Virus record (IMG/VR): IMGVR_UViG_3300042319_002138
Coordinates: 1-64,000 of that record
DNA: 64,000 nt
Reading direction: 5' to 3' (one strand)
How positions within the stretch are numbered: the first letter of the stretch is position 1; every line of letters starts with the position of its first letter. Under the pieces are notes generated by a model. That model saw nothing but the letters and a program-made list of their open reading frames with translations, made no database searches and was not told the DNA's origin. The translations under genes and the position numbers were made by a program. Positions 10,391 to 18,918 of this stretch are shown here, one piece after another.

Positions 10391-11608
10391 ATGAATATAA
10401 ATGAAAAAGAAGTCGAAAAAGCTAATAGAAAAATTGACTTGGGTGGTTTTACAATGAATGATGAATTAAATCCTAAAATTTGGGATGAAAATCAAAAAAT
10501 GAAACCCGAAGTTAAAAAAAATCTTTTAAAAATAGCTGATGATTATTTTGAGAGTTTAAAAATACCTGGGGTTGACATTGAAGATGTTTGTATTACAGGT
10601 AGTTTGGCTAATTATAATTGGTCAAAATACTCTGACGTTGATTTACATATTATAATCGATTATAAAGATGTCCCTGTTGATGAAGATTTAGTACAAGATT
10701 TTTTTAAATCTAAAAGCTCTAATTGGAATAAGGAACATGACGTTAAAATTTATGATTATGACGTTGAATTATATGTACAAGATATAAATGAATCACACCA
10801 CTCAACAGGAGTTTATTCAATATTAAATAATGAATGGGTAACAAAACCACAAAACAAGAAAATTAATTTTAACGATAAATCTGTAAAAGATAAGGCTAAC
10901 GGAATTATGGACCGTATTGAAGATTTATATGATGAGTTAAATGATGGTGATTATGATGTTGCTGTTAAAGGTGTTGAAAAATTAACGGAAAAAATTAAAA
11001 AAATGCGTCAATCAGGTTTAGAGTCTGGTGGTGAATTTTCAGTAGAAAATATTGTTTTCAAAGTTTTACGTAGAAATGGAATGTTGGATAGATTGTATGA
11101 TATTAAGACAGTTGCTTACGATAAATCGGTAACACTAGAATCAATGCGTGAGTCAAAAAAAATTGATTCCCTTTTAGAATCAATTGAAGATGACCCATTT
11201 AAATGGATAAAAGATGTAGAAACAAAAACATTAATAGAAAAACAACCATATAGAAGTGCTGAATATGATATAGTTGGTGAATATTTTAAAAAAGAAAAAC
11301 CCGTTTATAAGGGTTGGTCTGTTATTTGGGACGGTTTTCAAGGAGTTGTTGAATGGAGAAATCAAGATGTACCACATTTATTTATTTTTGCAACACCTTA
11401 TTGGGATGGTGCTGATAATGTACCAGTAAATTATGATGAAAATTACGGTGATGATTACGGACATTTAGGATTTGTAAGTATTCCTGAATTTGAGTATAAA
11501 GAAGACTTAATCAATTGGATAGAAAACGATTATTTTAAAGGGGTGTATAAATTAATTATAGATTATACGGGCCCTTTAGTCGAATCAGTAGAAGATTTTA
11601 AACGGTAA
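10391..11608 (+). CDS. Pol-beta superfamily nucleotidyltransferase with C-terminal extra domain
   Basis: GS..NY....SDVDLH motif plus later VELY; start is 10385 or 10391. Confidence 0.75.
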   Translation: MNINEKEVEKANRKIDLGGFTMNDELNPKIWDENQKMKPEVKKNLLKIADDYFESLKIPGVDIEDVCITGSLANYNWSKYSDVDLHIIIDYKDVPVDEDLVQDFFKSKSSNWNKEHDVKIYDYDVELYVQDINESHHSTGVYSILNNEWVTKPQNKKINFNDKSVKDKANGIMDRIEDLYDELNDGDYDVAVKGVEKLTEKIKKMRQSGLESGGEFSVENIVFKVLRRNGMLDRLYDIKTVAYDKSVTLESMRESKKIDSLLESIEDDPFKWIKDVETKTLIEKQPYRSAEYDIVGEYFKKEKPVYKGWSVIWDGFQGVVEWRNQDVPHLFIFATPYWDGADNVPVNYDENYGDDYGHLGFVSIPEFEYKEDLINWIENDYFKGVYKLIIDYTGPLVESVEDFKR

Positions 11609-11656
11609 TTGGTGGTTTATTGAAGATTAAACATATTTATATAGAAAAAGAAAATT

Positions 11657-11944
11657 ATGGATAGTTATTATGCATTACACTTACCTTCGGGAGCTACATA
11701 TACAGCATACACGTATTATCAAATATATGTTAACGCTGGAGCTACTTTAGTATATAAAGGTGTTACATTACCCTCACCTTCGGCTGGACCTATAGTATTA
11801 AATCTAACTGTTAATTCTACTACAGATATAGCTGGTAGTTCGGGAATTGCTTTATTAGGTAAGAAAAAACCAGAAGCTTTTGCAGAAGGACCTGCTGGAC
11901 AAAACGGTCTTAACACGGATGGTACTTGGAATATAAGAGGATAA
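11657..11944 (+). CDS. Hypothetical (probable virion) protein
   Basis: 95-aa ORF after the motif at 11633. Confidence 0.6.
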   Translation: MDSYYALHLPSGATYTAYTYYQIYVNAGATLVYKGVTLPSPSAGPIVLNLTVNSTTDIAGSSGIALLGKKKPEAFAEGPAGQNGLNTDGTWNIRG

Positions 11945-11957
11945 AAAAAAATAGAAG

Positions 11958-14234
11958 ATGAATAAAAAATTATTAAATAGAATGTTGGAACTCTCTAACA
12001 TTAAACCAGTGATTAAAGAAGAAAAGATGAGTCTATCTAATTTTGAATTGGTTAAAGAATCTGTAAACGGTAAAATATATGCTGTTGTAAGAGAACAAAA
12101 TAAATATTATATAAAGAACGCTGATTCTAAAAATAATATCAATGAATCTGATTTTGATTACATTGGTGGTATAGTTAATAAGGGAAAAAAATCTTTTTAT
12201 TCTTATGAAGAGGCGGTTAAACATTTAAATTTAATGTTTGAAGAAATTAATAATCACTATAATGTAGATAATGTTAATTTGTTAGAATCAGATGTTTTAA
12301 ATGAGAAAAAATTTATTTTAAAATTAAAAAACAAAAAAACTGAACCAAAAGCTGAACCAAAAGTTGATAAAGGTGGTTTTGACTTTGGTGGAGACTCTGA
12401 AGAAAAGGAAACTTCTGATAAAGGTGGTTTTGACTTTGGTGGAGGTGATGATACTGAAGATACGGGGGATAGTGAATTTGACTTCGGTGGAGATGAAGAT
12501 ACTGAAGATACTGGTGATGATTCATTTGACTTCGGTGATGATACTGAAGATACAGGAGACGGTGAATTTGATTTTGGTGGAGACGATGAGGGAGTTGATT
12601 CCGAAGAAGACGATACTGATGTAGAAGAATTTGGTGATGATGATATCAAAGATATTCAAAGTACCACAGGTAAATTGGGTCAACAAATTAGAGATGTCGA
12701 GGATTTATCTTCTGATATGCAAAAATGGGTTGCTAAATCAGTTTTATCTGCTATGGATTTAGAAAATATGGATTCTGAAGATAAAAAAGATATTATTCGT
12801 ACAATAAAAAAGAAATCACAAGAAGAACCTGAAGAATCTGATGAAGAGTCTTTTGATTTTGGTGATGAGGAACCTGTAGAGGAATCTTCTTATATGTCTT
12901 ATATGGACGATAAATCATGTACACATTGTAATGGTTCGGGTTATGATGAATTCACTGATGAAACTTGTGAATGGTGTGAGGGTGAAGGAAAATTTATAAA
13001 TCCTAATGACACAAGTAATTATCGTAGATATATGGGTGATGGTACACACGATTCTTACATGAAAGAGAAAAAAGAAAGTTATTCAGATTCAGAATTAGAT
13101 AATTGGTTGCTGGATATGGAAATGGCTGGATTTGTTTCAACACCTTCTTACGAATCATACATGGGAGAAGACAACCCTCATATTGGTGGTGATGAGAATA
13201 TGGTTGATGGTGAATTATTATTAGATTATGATGATGAAAATTTATATGGTTTAAACCTAAATATGAGAAATAATCCTAATTTAGAGTATTCAGAAAATAA
13301 TAACATGAATCGTGGATATGGTAATTATATGTCTGATGTAACAGATAAATTTGAGACATATGAACAAGAAATTGCTTACCAAGATTTGTCGGATATGGCA
13401 TCGGAATATGGTTTTACACTAAGTCTTTGTCACGCTGATAAAACAGAAGACCCTGAAGAATCTACAATCTATTTTGATATCAAAGACGGTAGTAAAAAAT
13501 TATTAAAGGCTAGAATTAACTCTATTGGTAGTCTTGAAATTGGTACAATGAGAGGTAGACATTTTATTGGTGAACCAGTTGACTCTTTATCAGATTTTGA
13601 CGAAACTTTTGACGAAGAAGGAAAATTAAAAGATATGGGACCCCAAAGAGAAAAAGCACCTGAAAAACCTGACCGTGGAACTGAAACAATTCCCGGAACA
13701 CCTACTAAAACACCTGATAGAGAACGTCCTTCTAGAAGACCGTTTAATCCTCCCCCACATATTACGCCAGGTGAGGAACCAGGTCCAAAAGCTAGAGGTA
13801 GAAGATTAAATAATTATGACCCTACAATGGCTCCGGCTCCAGCAAAACAACCTGAAAAACCTGACCGTGGAACTGAGACAGTTCCTGGAACGCCGACTAA
13901 AACGCCTGATAAGGATAGACCATCTAGAAGGCCTTTTAATCCACCTCCTCACATTACGCCAGGAGAAGAACCAGGTCCAAAAGCTAGAGGTAGAAGAAGT
14001 TATATGAGTTATATGGGGGATGAAGATAAAACATCTAAGCCATCTCATGACAAACCTCGAAGACCTGGCCGTAATCCATTTGAAAAACCTATGGGGGATG
14101 AAGATAAAACATCTAAGCCATCTCATCCCAAACCTCGAAGACCTGGCCGTAATCCATTTGAAAAACCTCAAAGACCTGACAGTAATCCATTCAAAAGGCC
14201 TAATAATAATGAAGGTGACGTTAAGTTCTCATAA
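11958..14234 (+). CDS. Large acidic low-complexity protein (probable internal head protein) with DnaJ-type Zn finger
   Basis: FDFGG repeats, two CxxCxGxG, YM[SG]D repeats, Pro/Arg C-terminal repeats. Confidence 0.6.
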   Translation: MNKKLLNRMLELSNIKPVIKEEKMSLSNFELVKESVNGKIYAVVREQNKYYIKNADSKNNINESDFDYIGGIVNKGKKSFYSYEEAVKHLNLMFEEINNHYNVDNVNLLESDVLNEKKFILKLKNKKTEPKAEPKVDKGGFDFGGDSEEKETSDKGGFDFGGGDDTEDTGDSEFDFGGDEDTEDTGDDSFDFGDDTEDTGDGEFDFGGDDEGVDSEEDDTDVEEFGDDDIKDIQSTTGKLGQQIRDVEDLSSDMQKWVAKSVLSAMDLENMDSEDKKDIIRTIKKKSQEEPEESDEESFDFGDEEPVEESSYMSYMDDKSCTHCNGSGYDEFTDETCEWCEGEGKFINPNDTSNYRRYMGDGTHDSYMKEKKESYSDSELDNWLLDMEMAGFVSTPSYESYMGEDNPHIGGDENMVDGELLLDYDDENLYGLNLNMRNNPNLEYSENNNMNRGYGNYMSDVTDKFETYEQEIAYQDLSDMASEYGFTLSLCHADKTEDPEESTIYFDIKDGSKKLLKARINSIGSLEIGTMRGRHFIGEPVDSLSDFDETFDEEGKLKDMGPQREKAPEKPDRGTETIPGTPTKTPDRERPSRRPFNPPPHITPGEEPGPKARGRRLNNYDPTMAPAPAKQPEKPDRGTETVPGTPTKTPDKDRPSRRPFNPPPHITPGEEPGPKARGRRSYMSYMGDEDKTSKPSHDKPRRPGRNPFEKPMGDEDKTSKPSHPKPRRPGRNPFEKPQRPDSNPFKRPNNNEGDVKFS
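13659..13997 (+). repeat. Imperfect ~147-bp intragenic duplication (13659-13805 / 13851-13997)
   Basis: Encodes PEKPDRGTET.PGTPTKTPD..RPSRRPFNPPPHITPGEEPGPKARGRR twice, with mostly synonymous differences. Confidence 0.9.
14013..14168 (+). repeat. 78-bp near-perfect tandem duplication
   Basis: MGDEDKTSKPSH.KPRRPGRNPFEKP x2, differing at one codon. Confidence 0.9.
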
Positions 14235-14251
14235 ATAAGAAATAAAATAAT

Positions 14252-14284
14252 AAAAAACATAGTCTAAAAAGGCTATGTTTTTTT
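14252..14284 (+). terminator. Intrinsic terminator
   Basis: aaaaaacatagtc-taaaaa-ggctatgttttttt. Confidence 0.75.
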
Positions 14285-14310
14285 ATGCTCAAGACTAATA
14301 TTTATAGTAT

Positions 14311-14718
14311 ATGTATTTAATTTATATAAACAGAATTGGTAAAACATTTAAAGGTGAACATATGTTTGAATTTTTATTCTCAGACTCAACTGAATGGGAA
14401 TGGGATGAATCTTGGTATGAATCGTCTGTTATTACCGAAACAAGAGAATTAGCCCCCGACGAAAATATCATTAAACTAGTTGGTTCACTTAAAACTGACG
14501 AATTTGATTTGGAATTAGTTCAAGAAGATGGTGTACGTGATATTTATAATGCTGTAGAAGGTATTATAGCTTTAGGTTGGGAAAAACTACAAGATGATGA
14601 AGATTATCCAGAACAAAGAAGAATATTCCGTTTTGGGGACACAAAAAAATCTGTTGATGAACAACTATACGAGTATGACCTTGTATTAAAATATAAAGAA
14701 AACAAAGTAACAAAATGA
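14311..14718 (+). CDS. Hypothetical protein
   Basis: 135-aa ORF, ATG 5 nt after ATATTTAT. Confidence 0.7.
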   Translation: MYLIYINRIGKTFKGEHMFEFLFSDSTEWEWDESWYESSVITETRELAPDENIIKLVGSLKTDEFDLELVQEDGVRDIYNAVEGIIALGWEKLQDDEDYPEQRRIFRFGDTKKSVDEQLYEYDLVLKYKENKVTK

Positions 14719-16658
14719 TGAGAAAAAAATATTTTTTACGAGAAGCTGATGAGATGGATAAGGAAGCTGTACTTAAATCTGCCGAAGAAAGTTTGGAACA
14801 AGAGAAACAAAATTTAGAAAATAATAAAAAATCTTTAGAGGTAAATAAAGAAACTTTAAAGGCATCTGAAGTTGACGTAGATACTAAATTATCAGCAATT
14901 CAGGGTAATAATAAAGTAATAGCACAAGGTAATAAAGCAGAAGACGTTACCGACCCAAAAACACAAGCAGATGCTTTAACAAGACAAAAACCAGTTCTTA
15001 CAAAACAAGTGAATGGTTTAAAACAACAAAATAAAGAAAAAGAACAAGCCATAAAAAATCAGGAAGAATCTATAAAAAACCAAGAAGATTATATTAAACA
15101 AAAAGAAGATTATATAAAAGACATGGAAAGTGGTATGCGTGAAAGTAGAATTATAAAAGCAAAAGATTTTAAATCTATTGTTGAAAACTATTCCAAAATT
15201 GATTTGTCTGAATCAGATATTATTAATATCATTGTAGAGACTCAAAATCCAATAATGACAAAAGCTAAGATTGTTGAGTCGATACAAAATAAATTAATAT
15301 TTGAAGCGGATATGAATAGAGACGTAAACAGTAGTTTTGAAGGTGGTACAAATGAGTATTCTGAATTGTTAGGTTCAGATTTAGCTAAACAAATGGCTAA
15401 TCAATCTTTTGAAGAAATAGCTAGAGCTATTAGACAAAAAACAGGTAAAGAAAGAGTTACTTTTGATGATGTTCAACAATTAATGTCTAGTTCATTGATG
15501 AATGCGGCTAAAGAAGAATACGCTTACGGTATCGACAGATTAGAAACAAAGGCTGTTGAAATGATTCGTAAACAATTCAACATCCCTGAAGGTGCTGTTG
15601 AATTTGATGCGACCATAACAGGTGTCCCACAAAAAGCGTTAGGTTTACCTAGTGGTACCCCACAGGCAACTATAAACCAAATGTCTAGACAATTGGGTGT
15701 TAAGATTGGTGATATACAAAGAGAAGGTCTTAAATTTGATAAAGGTACTAGTCCTGTTCCACAAGGAAAAACTGAGGTACAAATGAAACCTAAAATTAAA
15801 AGAAGAAAGTACACTAACGCTATGATGCACGGTGCGGCTAGAAAGTCACAAAACATTCACCACATGGACGACCAATTAAGACAGGAGAATCCTAGATTGA
15901 GTCAAAACTACGCTAATCTTATGGCTGCAAATGACGCTTCTTACTGGATGATGAATGATGAAGACATTAAAACACAGGGTAGACAAGGTATTCACGCAGG
16001 TAATGTTAGAGTTAAATTATCTGACCAACCTAATGGAGTTCCTAAAATTATTGCACAAGGTGTGGTATTCCCAGTACTTTTACATGAATTGGCTAAAGGT
16101 GTTATTGAATTAATGTCTTTATGGTCCCTACCTGTTGATGCTGAAGAAAGAAAATATGTCCTAGATAAAACTGATAATTTAGATAATGAAACTAATGATA
16201 TTAGATTAGGTACTATCTTTTGGGAAAAATTTGTAAGACAAATACCAACTGATAATCAAGAAGTTATTTCTTTGACATGGAATATGATGCAAGAACTTTC
16301 AGATGATGAGTTTAATAGTATTATTGAGGGATTATCAAATGATAGAACAGATTCACAAATGAAAGTTCAAAGAATAGCTGAAGAAGCGGCTGAAGAGTTA
16401 AGACGTGAAGCTTCCGACGATACTTTTGGTATGTACGGTGATGATGATGATAAAGATGGTGGTGATGTAGAAACTCCTGATGAGGATGAAGAAGAAACTA
16501 ACCCTACTGTTTTAGGTGGTGAAAAAGAGGGTCCTGAAGAACCTAAAGACCTTAATGATATGACTGATGATGAACTTAGAGGTTTAATGAAGTCAGCTAT
16601 TGAAGATGAGGACTATGAATTTGCTTCAGAAATTAGAGATATCTTAAAAAATAGATAA
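14715..16658 (+). CDS. Coiled-coil protein with C-terminal UVR (UvrB/C) motif
   Basis: N-terminal coiled coil; LLHELAKG; C-terminal LMKSAIEDEDYEFASEIRD. Confidence 0.6.
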   Translation: MMRKKYFLREADEMDKEAVLKSAEESLEQEKQNLENNKKSLEVNKETLKASEVDVDTKLSAIQGNNKVIAQGNKAEDVTDPKTQADALTRQKPVLTKQVNGLKQQNKEKEQAIKNQEESIKNQEDYIKQKEDYIKDMESGMRESRIIKAKDFKSIVENYSKIDLSESDIINIIVETQNPIMTKAKIVESIQNKLIFEADMNRDVNSSFEGGTNEYSELLGSDLAKQMANQSFEEIARAIRQKTGKERVTFDDVQQLMSSSLMNAAKEEYAYGIDRLETKAVEMIRKQFNIPEGAVEFDATITGVPQKALGLPSGTPQATINQMSRQLGVKIGDIQREGLKFDKGTSPVPQGKTEVQMKPKIKRRKYTNAMMHGAARKSQNIHHMDDQLRQENPRLSQNYANLMAANDASYWMMNDEDIKTQGRQGIHAGNVRVKLSDQPNGVPKIIAQGVVFPVLLHELAKGVIELMSLWSLPVDAEERKYVLDKTDNLDNETNDIRLGTIFWEKFVRQIPTDNQEVISLTWNMMQELSDDEFNSIIEGLSNDRTDSQMKVQRIAEEAAEELRREASDDTFGMYGDDDDKDGGDVETPDEDEEETNPTVLGGEKEGPEEPKDLNDMTDDELRGLMKSAIEDEDYEFASEIRDILKNR

Positions 16659-16662
16659 AGAG

Positions 16663-16732
16663 AACGGATTAGGACCGTTATAGTCTACGGACTATTAAAA
16701 CCCACCAAGTTCGCTACTATGGTGGGTTTTTT
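16663..16732 (+). other. Triple-hairpin structured element ending in a terminator-like stem
   Basis: aacgg/ccgtt, atagtc-tacg-gactat, aaaacccacca/tggtgggtttt followed by T-run. Confidence 0.55.
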
Positions 16733-16755
16733 CATGCCTGATGATATTTATTGGC

Positions 16756-18594
16756 ATGAGTTTAAGTAAAGGACAAATGATGTATGAAATAGGTAAGTGT
16801 TTAACAGACCCTATTTATGCTATAGAAAATTACCTTGAGACAGAGGATAGAACACAAAAGGGATTTGTTGCCTTTAAATTATTTCCTAGACAAAAGGAGT
16901 TAATTGAGGCATATAAAAATCATCATCACAATATAGTGATGAAACCAAGACAGGCAGGTATATCAACTACAACCGCGGCTTATTTAGCAATTGTAACCGC
17001 TTTAGCGTCAAGTAAAAGTACCCAAAAAATTCTTATTGCGGCAAATAAACAAGAAACAGCGAAAGAATTCTTAAAAAAGATTAAAGATTTTACAATGCAG
17101 TTACCTGGTTGGATGGATGTTCACAGACCAGCGGGTTCTGATAGTTGGTTTAACCCCGAAAAGAACTCTAGTTCACATTACAAATTATGGAATGGTTCTG
17201 AAGTAAAAGCTGTTGCTTCTTCAAAAGATGCACTTAGAGGTTATACACCGTCATTCATTGTTGTCGATGAAGCCGCCTTTATCGAAGGTCATAGGGGTGA
17301 GGAATTTTATACTGCCGCACAACCGTCACTTTCAACTGGTGGTAGGTCAATTCTTATTTCAACACCAAACGGACATGACCCTTTATACCATAAAGCTTAT
17401 GTAACGGCTGAAAGAGGTAAAAATAATTTTAACATAATTTCGATGAAGTGGTATGAAGACCCTCGTTATAATGGTAAAAATGATGGTTCTGGGATGTCTT
17501 GGGTTCTTAGGGATGAGAAGAATAACGATATTATAGAAAATATTGAGGACCCAAAAAGTGGATTTGGCCCTGATGCTGTTGTCCCACAAGAAAAATGGCC
17601 TGAAATGGCTGAAAAGGGGTATGTACCAAGGTCAAAATGGTTTGACGATATGTGTGCACAACTTAATCACAACGCAAGGTCAATAGCACAAGAGTTATTA
17701 TGTTCTTTTGTTGGTTCAGGTGATAGTGTAATTGATGATAAATACAAATCTAGACAAGAAAGAGATAATGTTAGAGAACCAATAAGAAAAGAGTGGGTTG
17801 ATGGTAACATGTGGATATGGGAAGACCCTATACCTGAACATGAATATATTTTGTCTGCTGACCCTTCTTCAGGTTCTTCTGATGACTTTGCAGGTATTTG
17901 TGTATGGGATTATACAACAGGTAATCAAGTAGCTGAATACCACGGTAAAGTAGCACCCGATGTTTTAGGTGAGATAGCTAACTATTATGGTGGTTCATAT
18001 GACGCATTTGTGGTTGTGGATATTACAGGTGGATGGGGTGCTTCTGTTGTATTAAAATTAATTGAATTAGGTTACCCTAAAAAAAGACTGTATTACGATG
18101 TTACCGTTGGTATTGATTCTGTTGAAAATAACAGAGCCTTACAAAAACACATGGATAGGGGTAAACTACCTGGGTTAAACTTTCAAAAAAATAGAAATAC
18201 CATAATCTCTAAATTAGAAGAGGCTATTAGATTGGATTCGTTTAAGATTCGTTCTAAAAGAATGTTAGCTGAAATAGAGACGTTTGTCTATATTAATGGT
18301 AGACCAGACCACATGAGAGGTTATCACGATGACTTATTAATGTGTATTGGTATGTGTTGTTTTGTGGCTATGACCTCTTTTAAAGATTTGGAAAAATCTA
18401 AAGGTCAGGCAAAGGCAATGATTAACAGTTGGTCTGTTGAGACTGGTACTATAGAAGAGAATCCAATTTTAAATGAAGTTATTGGTACAGGTTTTTATAC
18501 AGATAGTAGAAATAAAGATAATAATAGAATAACTACTGAACAAACTAAGGAATACTCTTGGTTATTTAGTGGGATGAAAGGATTTAAAAAATAA
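16756..18594 (+). CDS. terL: Terminase large subunit (T4 gp17-like)
   Basis: KPRQAGIST Walker A, IVVDEAAF Walker B, ISTPNG, nuclease ADPS and HDDL motifs; start moved to 16756. Confidence 0.93.
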   Translation: MSLSKGQMMYEIGKCLTDPIYAIENYLETEDRTQKGFVAFKLFPRQKELIEAYKNHHHNIVMKPRQAGISTTTAAYLAIVTALASSKSTQKILIAANKQETAKEFLKKIKDFTMQLPGWMDVHRPAGSDSWFNPEKNSSSHYKLWNGSEVKAVASSKDALRGYTPSFIVVDEAAFIEGHRGEEFYTAAQPSLSTGGRSILISTPNGHDPLYHKAYVTAERGKNNFNIISMKWYEDPRYNGKNDGSGMSWVLRDEKNNDIIENIEDPKSGFGPDAVVPQEKWPEMAEKGYVPRSKWFDDMCAQLNHNARSIAQELLCSFVGSGDSVIDDKYKSRQERDNVREPIRKEWVDGNMWIWEDPIPEHEYILSADPSSGSSDDFAGICVWDYTTGNQVAEYHGKVAPDVLGEIANYYGGSYDAFVVVDITGGWGASVVLKLIELGYPKKRLYYDVTVGIDSVENNRALQKHMDRGKLPGLNFQKNRNTIISKLEEAIRLDSFKIRSKRMLAEIETFVYINGRPDHMRGYHDDLLMCIGMCCFVAMTSFKDLEKSKGQAKAMINSWSVETGTIEENPILNEVIGTGFYTDSRNKDNNRITTEQTKEYSWLFSGMKGFKK

Positions 18595-18598
18595 TATT

Positions 18599-18835
18599 AT
18601 GGGAATATCGTCAAACAAACCTTTTAATAGACAATGTAATGTAAGAAAAGGTGCTGGTCCAGTTTATAATAAGTTTTGTCCTCCAACAGATAGAGCTAAT
18701 AACAACAACACTAAAGTTAATGTTAAAGTTGTAAAAGAACCCTGTTTTGGGGAATACGATAACTTAGTTCAATATGTGTACGAAATAGACCTTACAGGTC
18801 ATTTAGGTTATGTAGATTGTGACTATGTAGAGTAA
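18599..18835 (+). CDS. Small Cys-containing hypothetical protein
   Basis: 78-aa ORF between terminase and portal. Confidence 0.55.
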   Translation: MGISSNKPFNRQCNVRKGAGPVYNKFCPPTDRANNNNTKVNVKVVKEPCFGEYDNLVQYVYEIDLTGHLGYVDCDYVE

Positions 18836-18918
18836 GTTTAATACGAATAACATTCACATTAATAAAGTGTCGGTTAACTTTATTAATAATATTTATAATA
18901 TAAAAAACATTTTTTTAA

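Noticed and set aside
2171-16755. Track starts giving MIFI/MIFM N-termini (2171, 10376, 16741)
   Set aside because: These read through the (a/g)tgATATTTAT motif; downstream ATGs (2198, 10385/10391, 16756) are more plausible.
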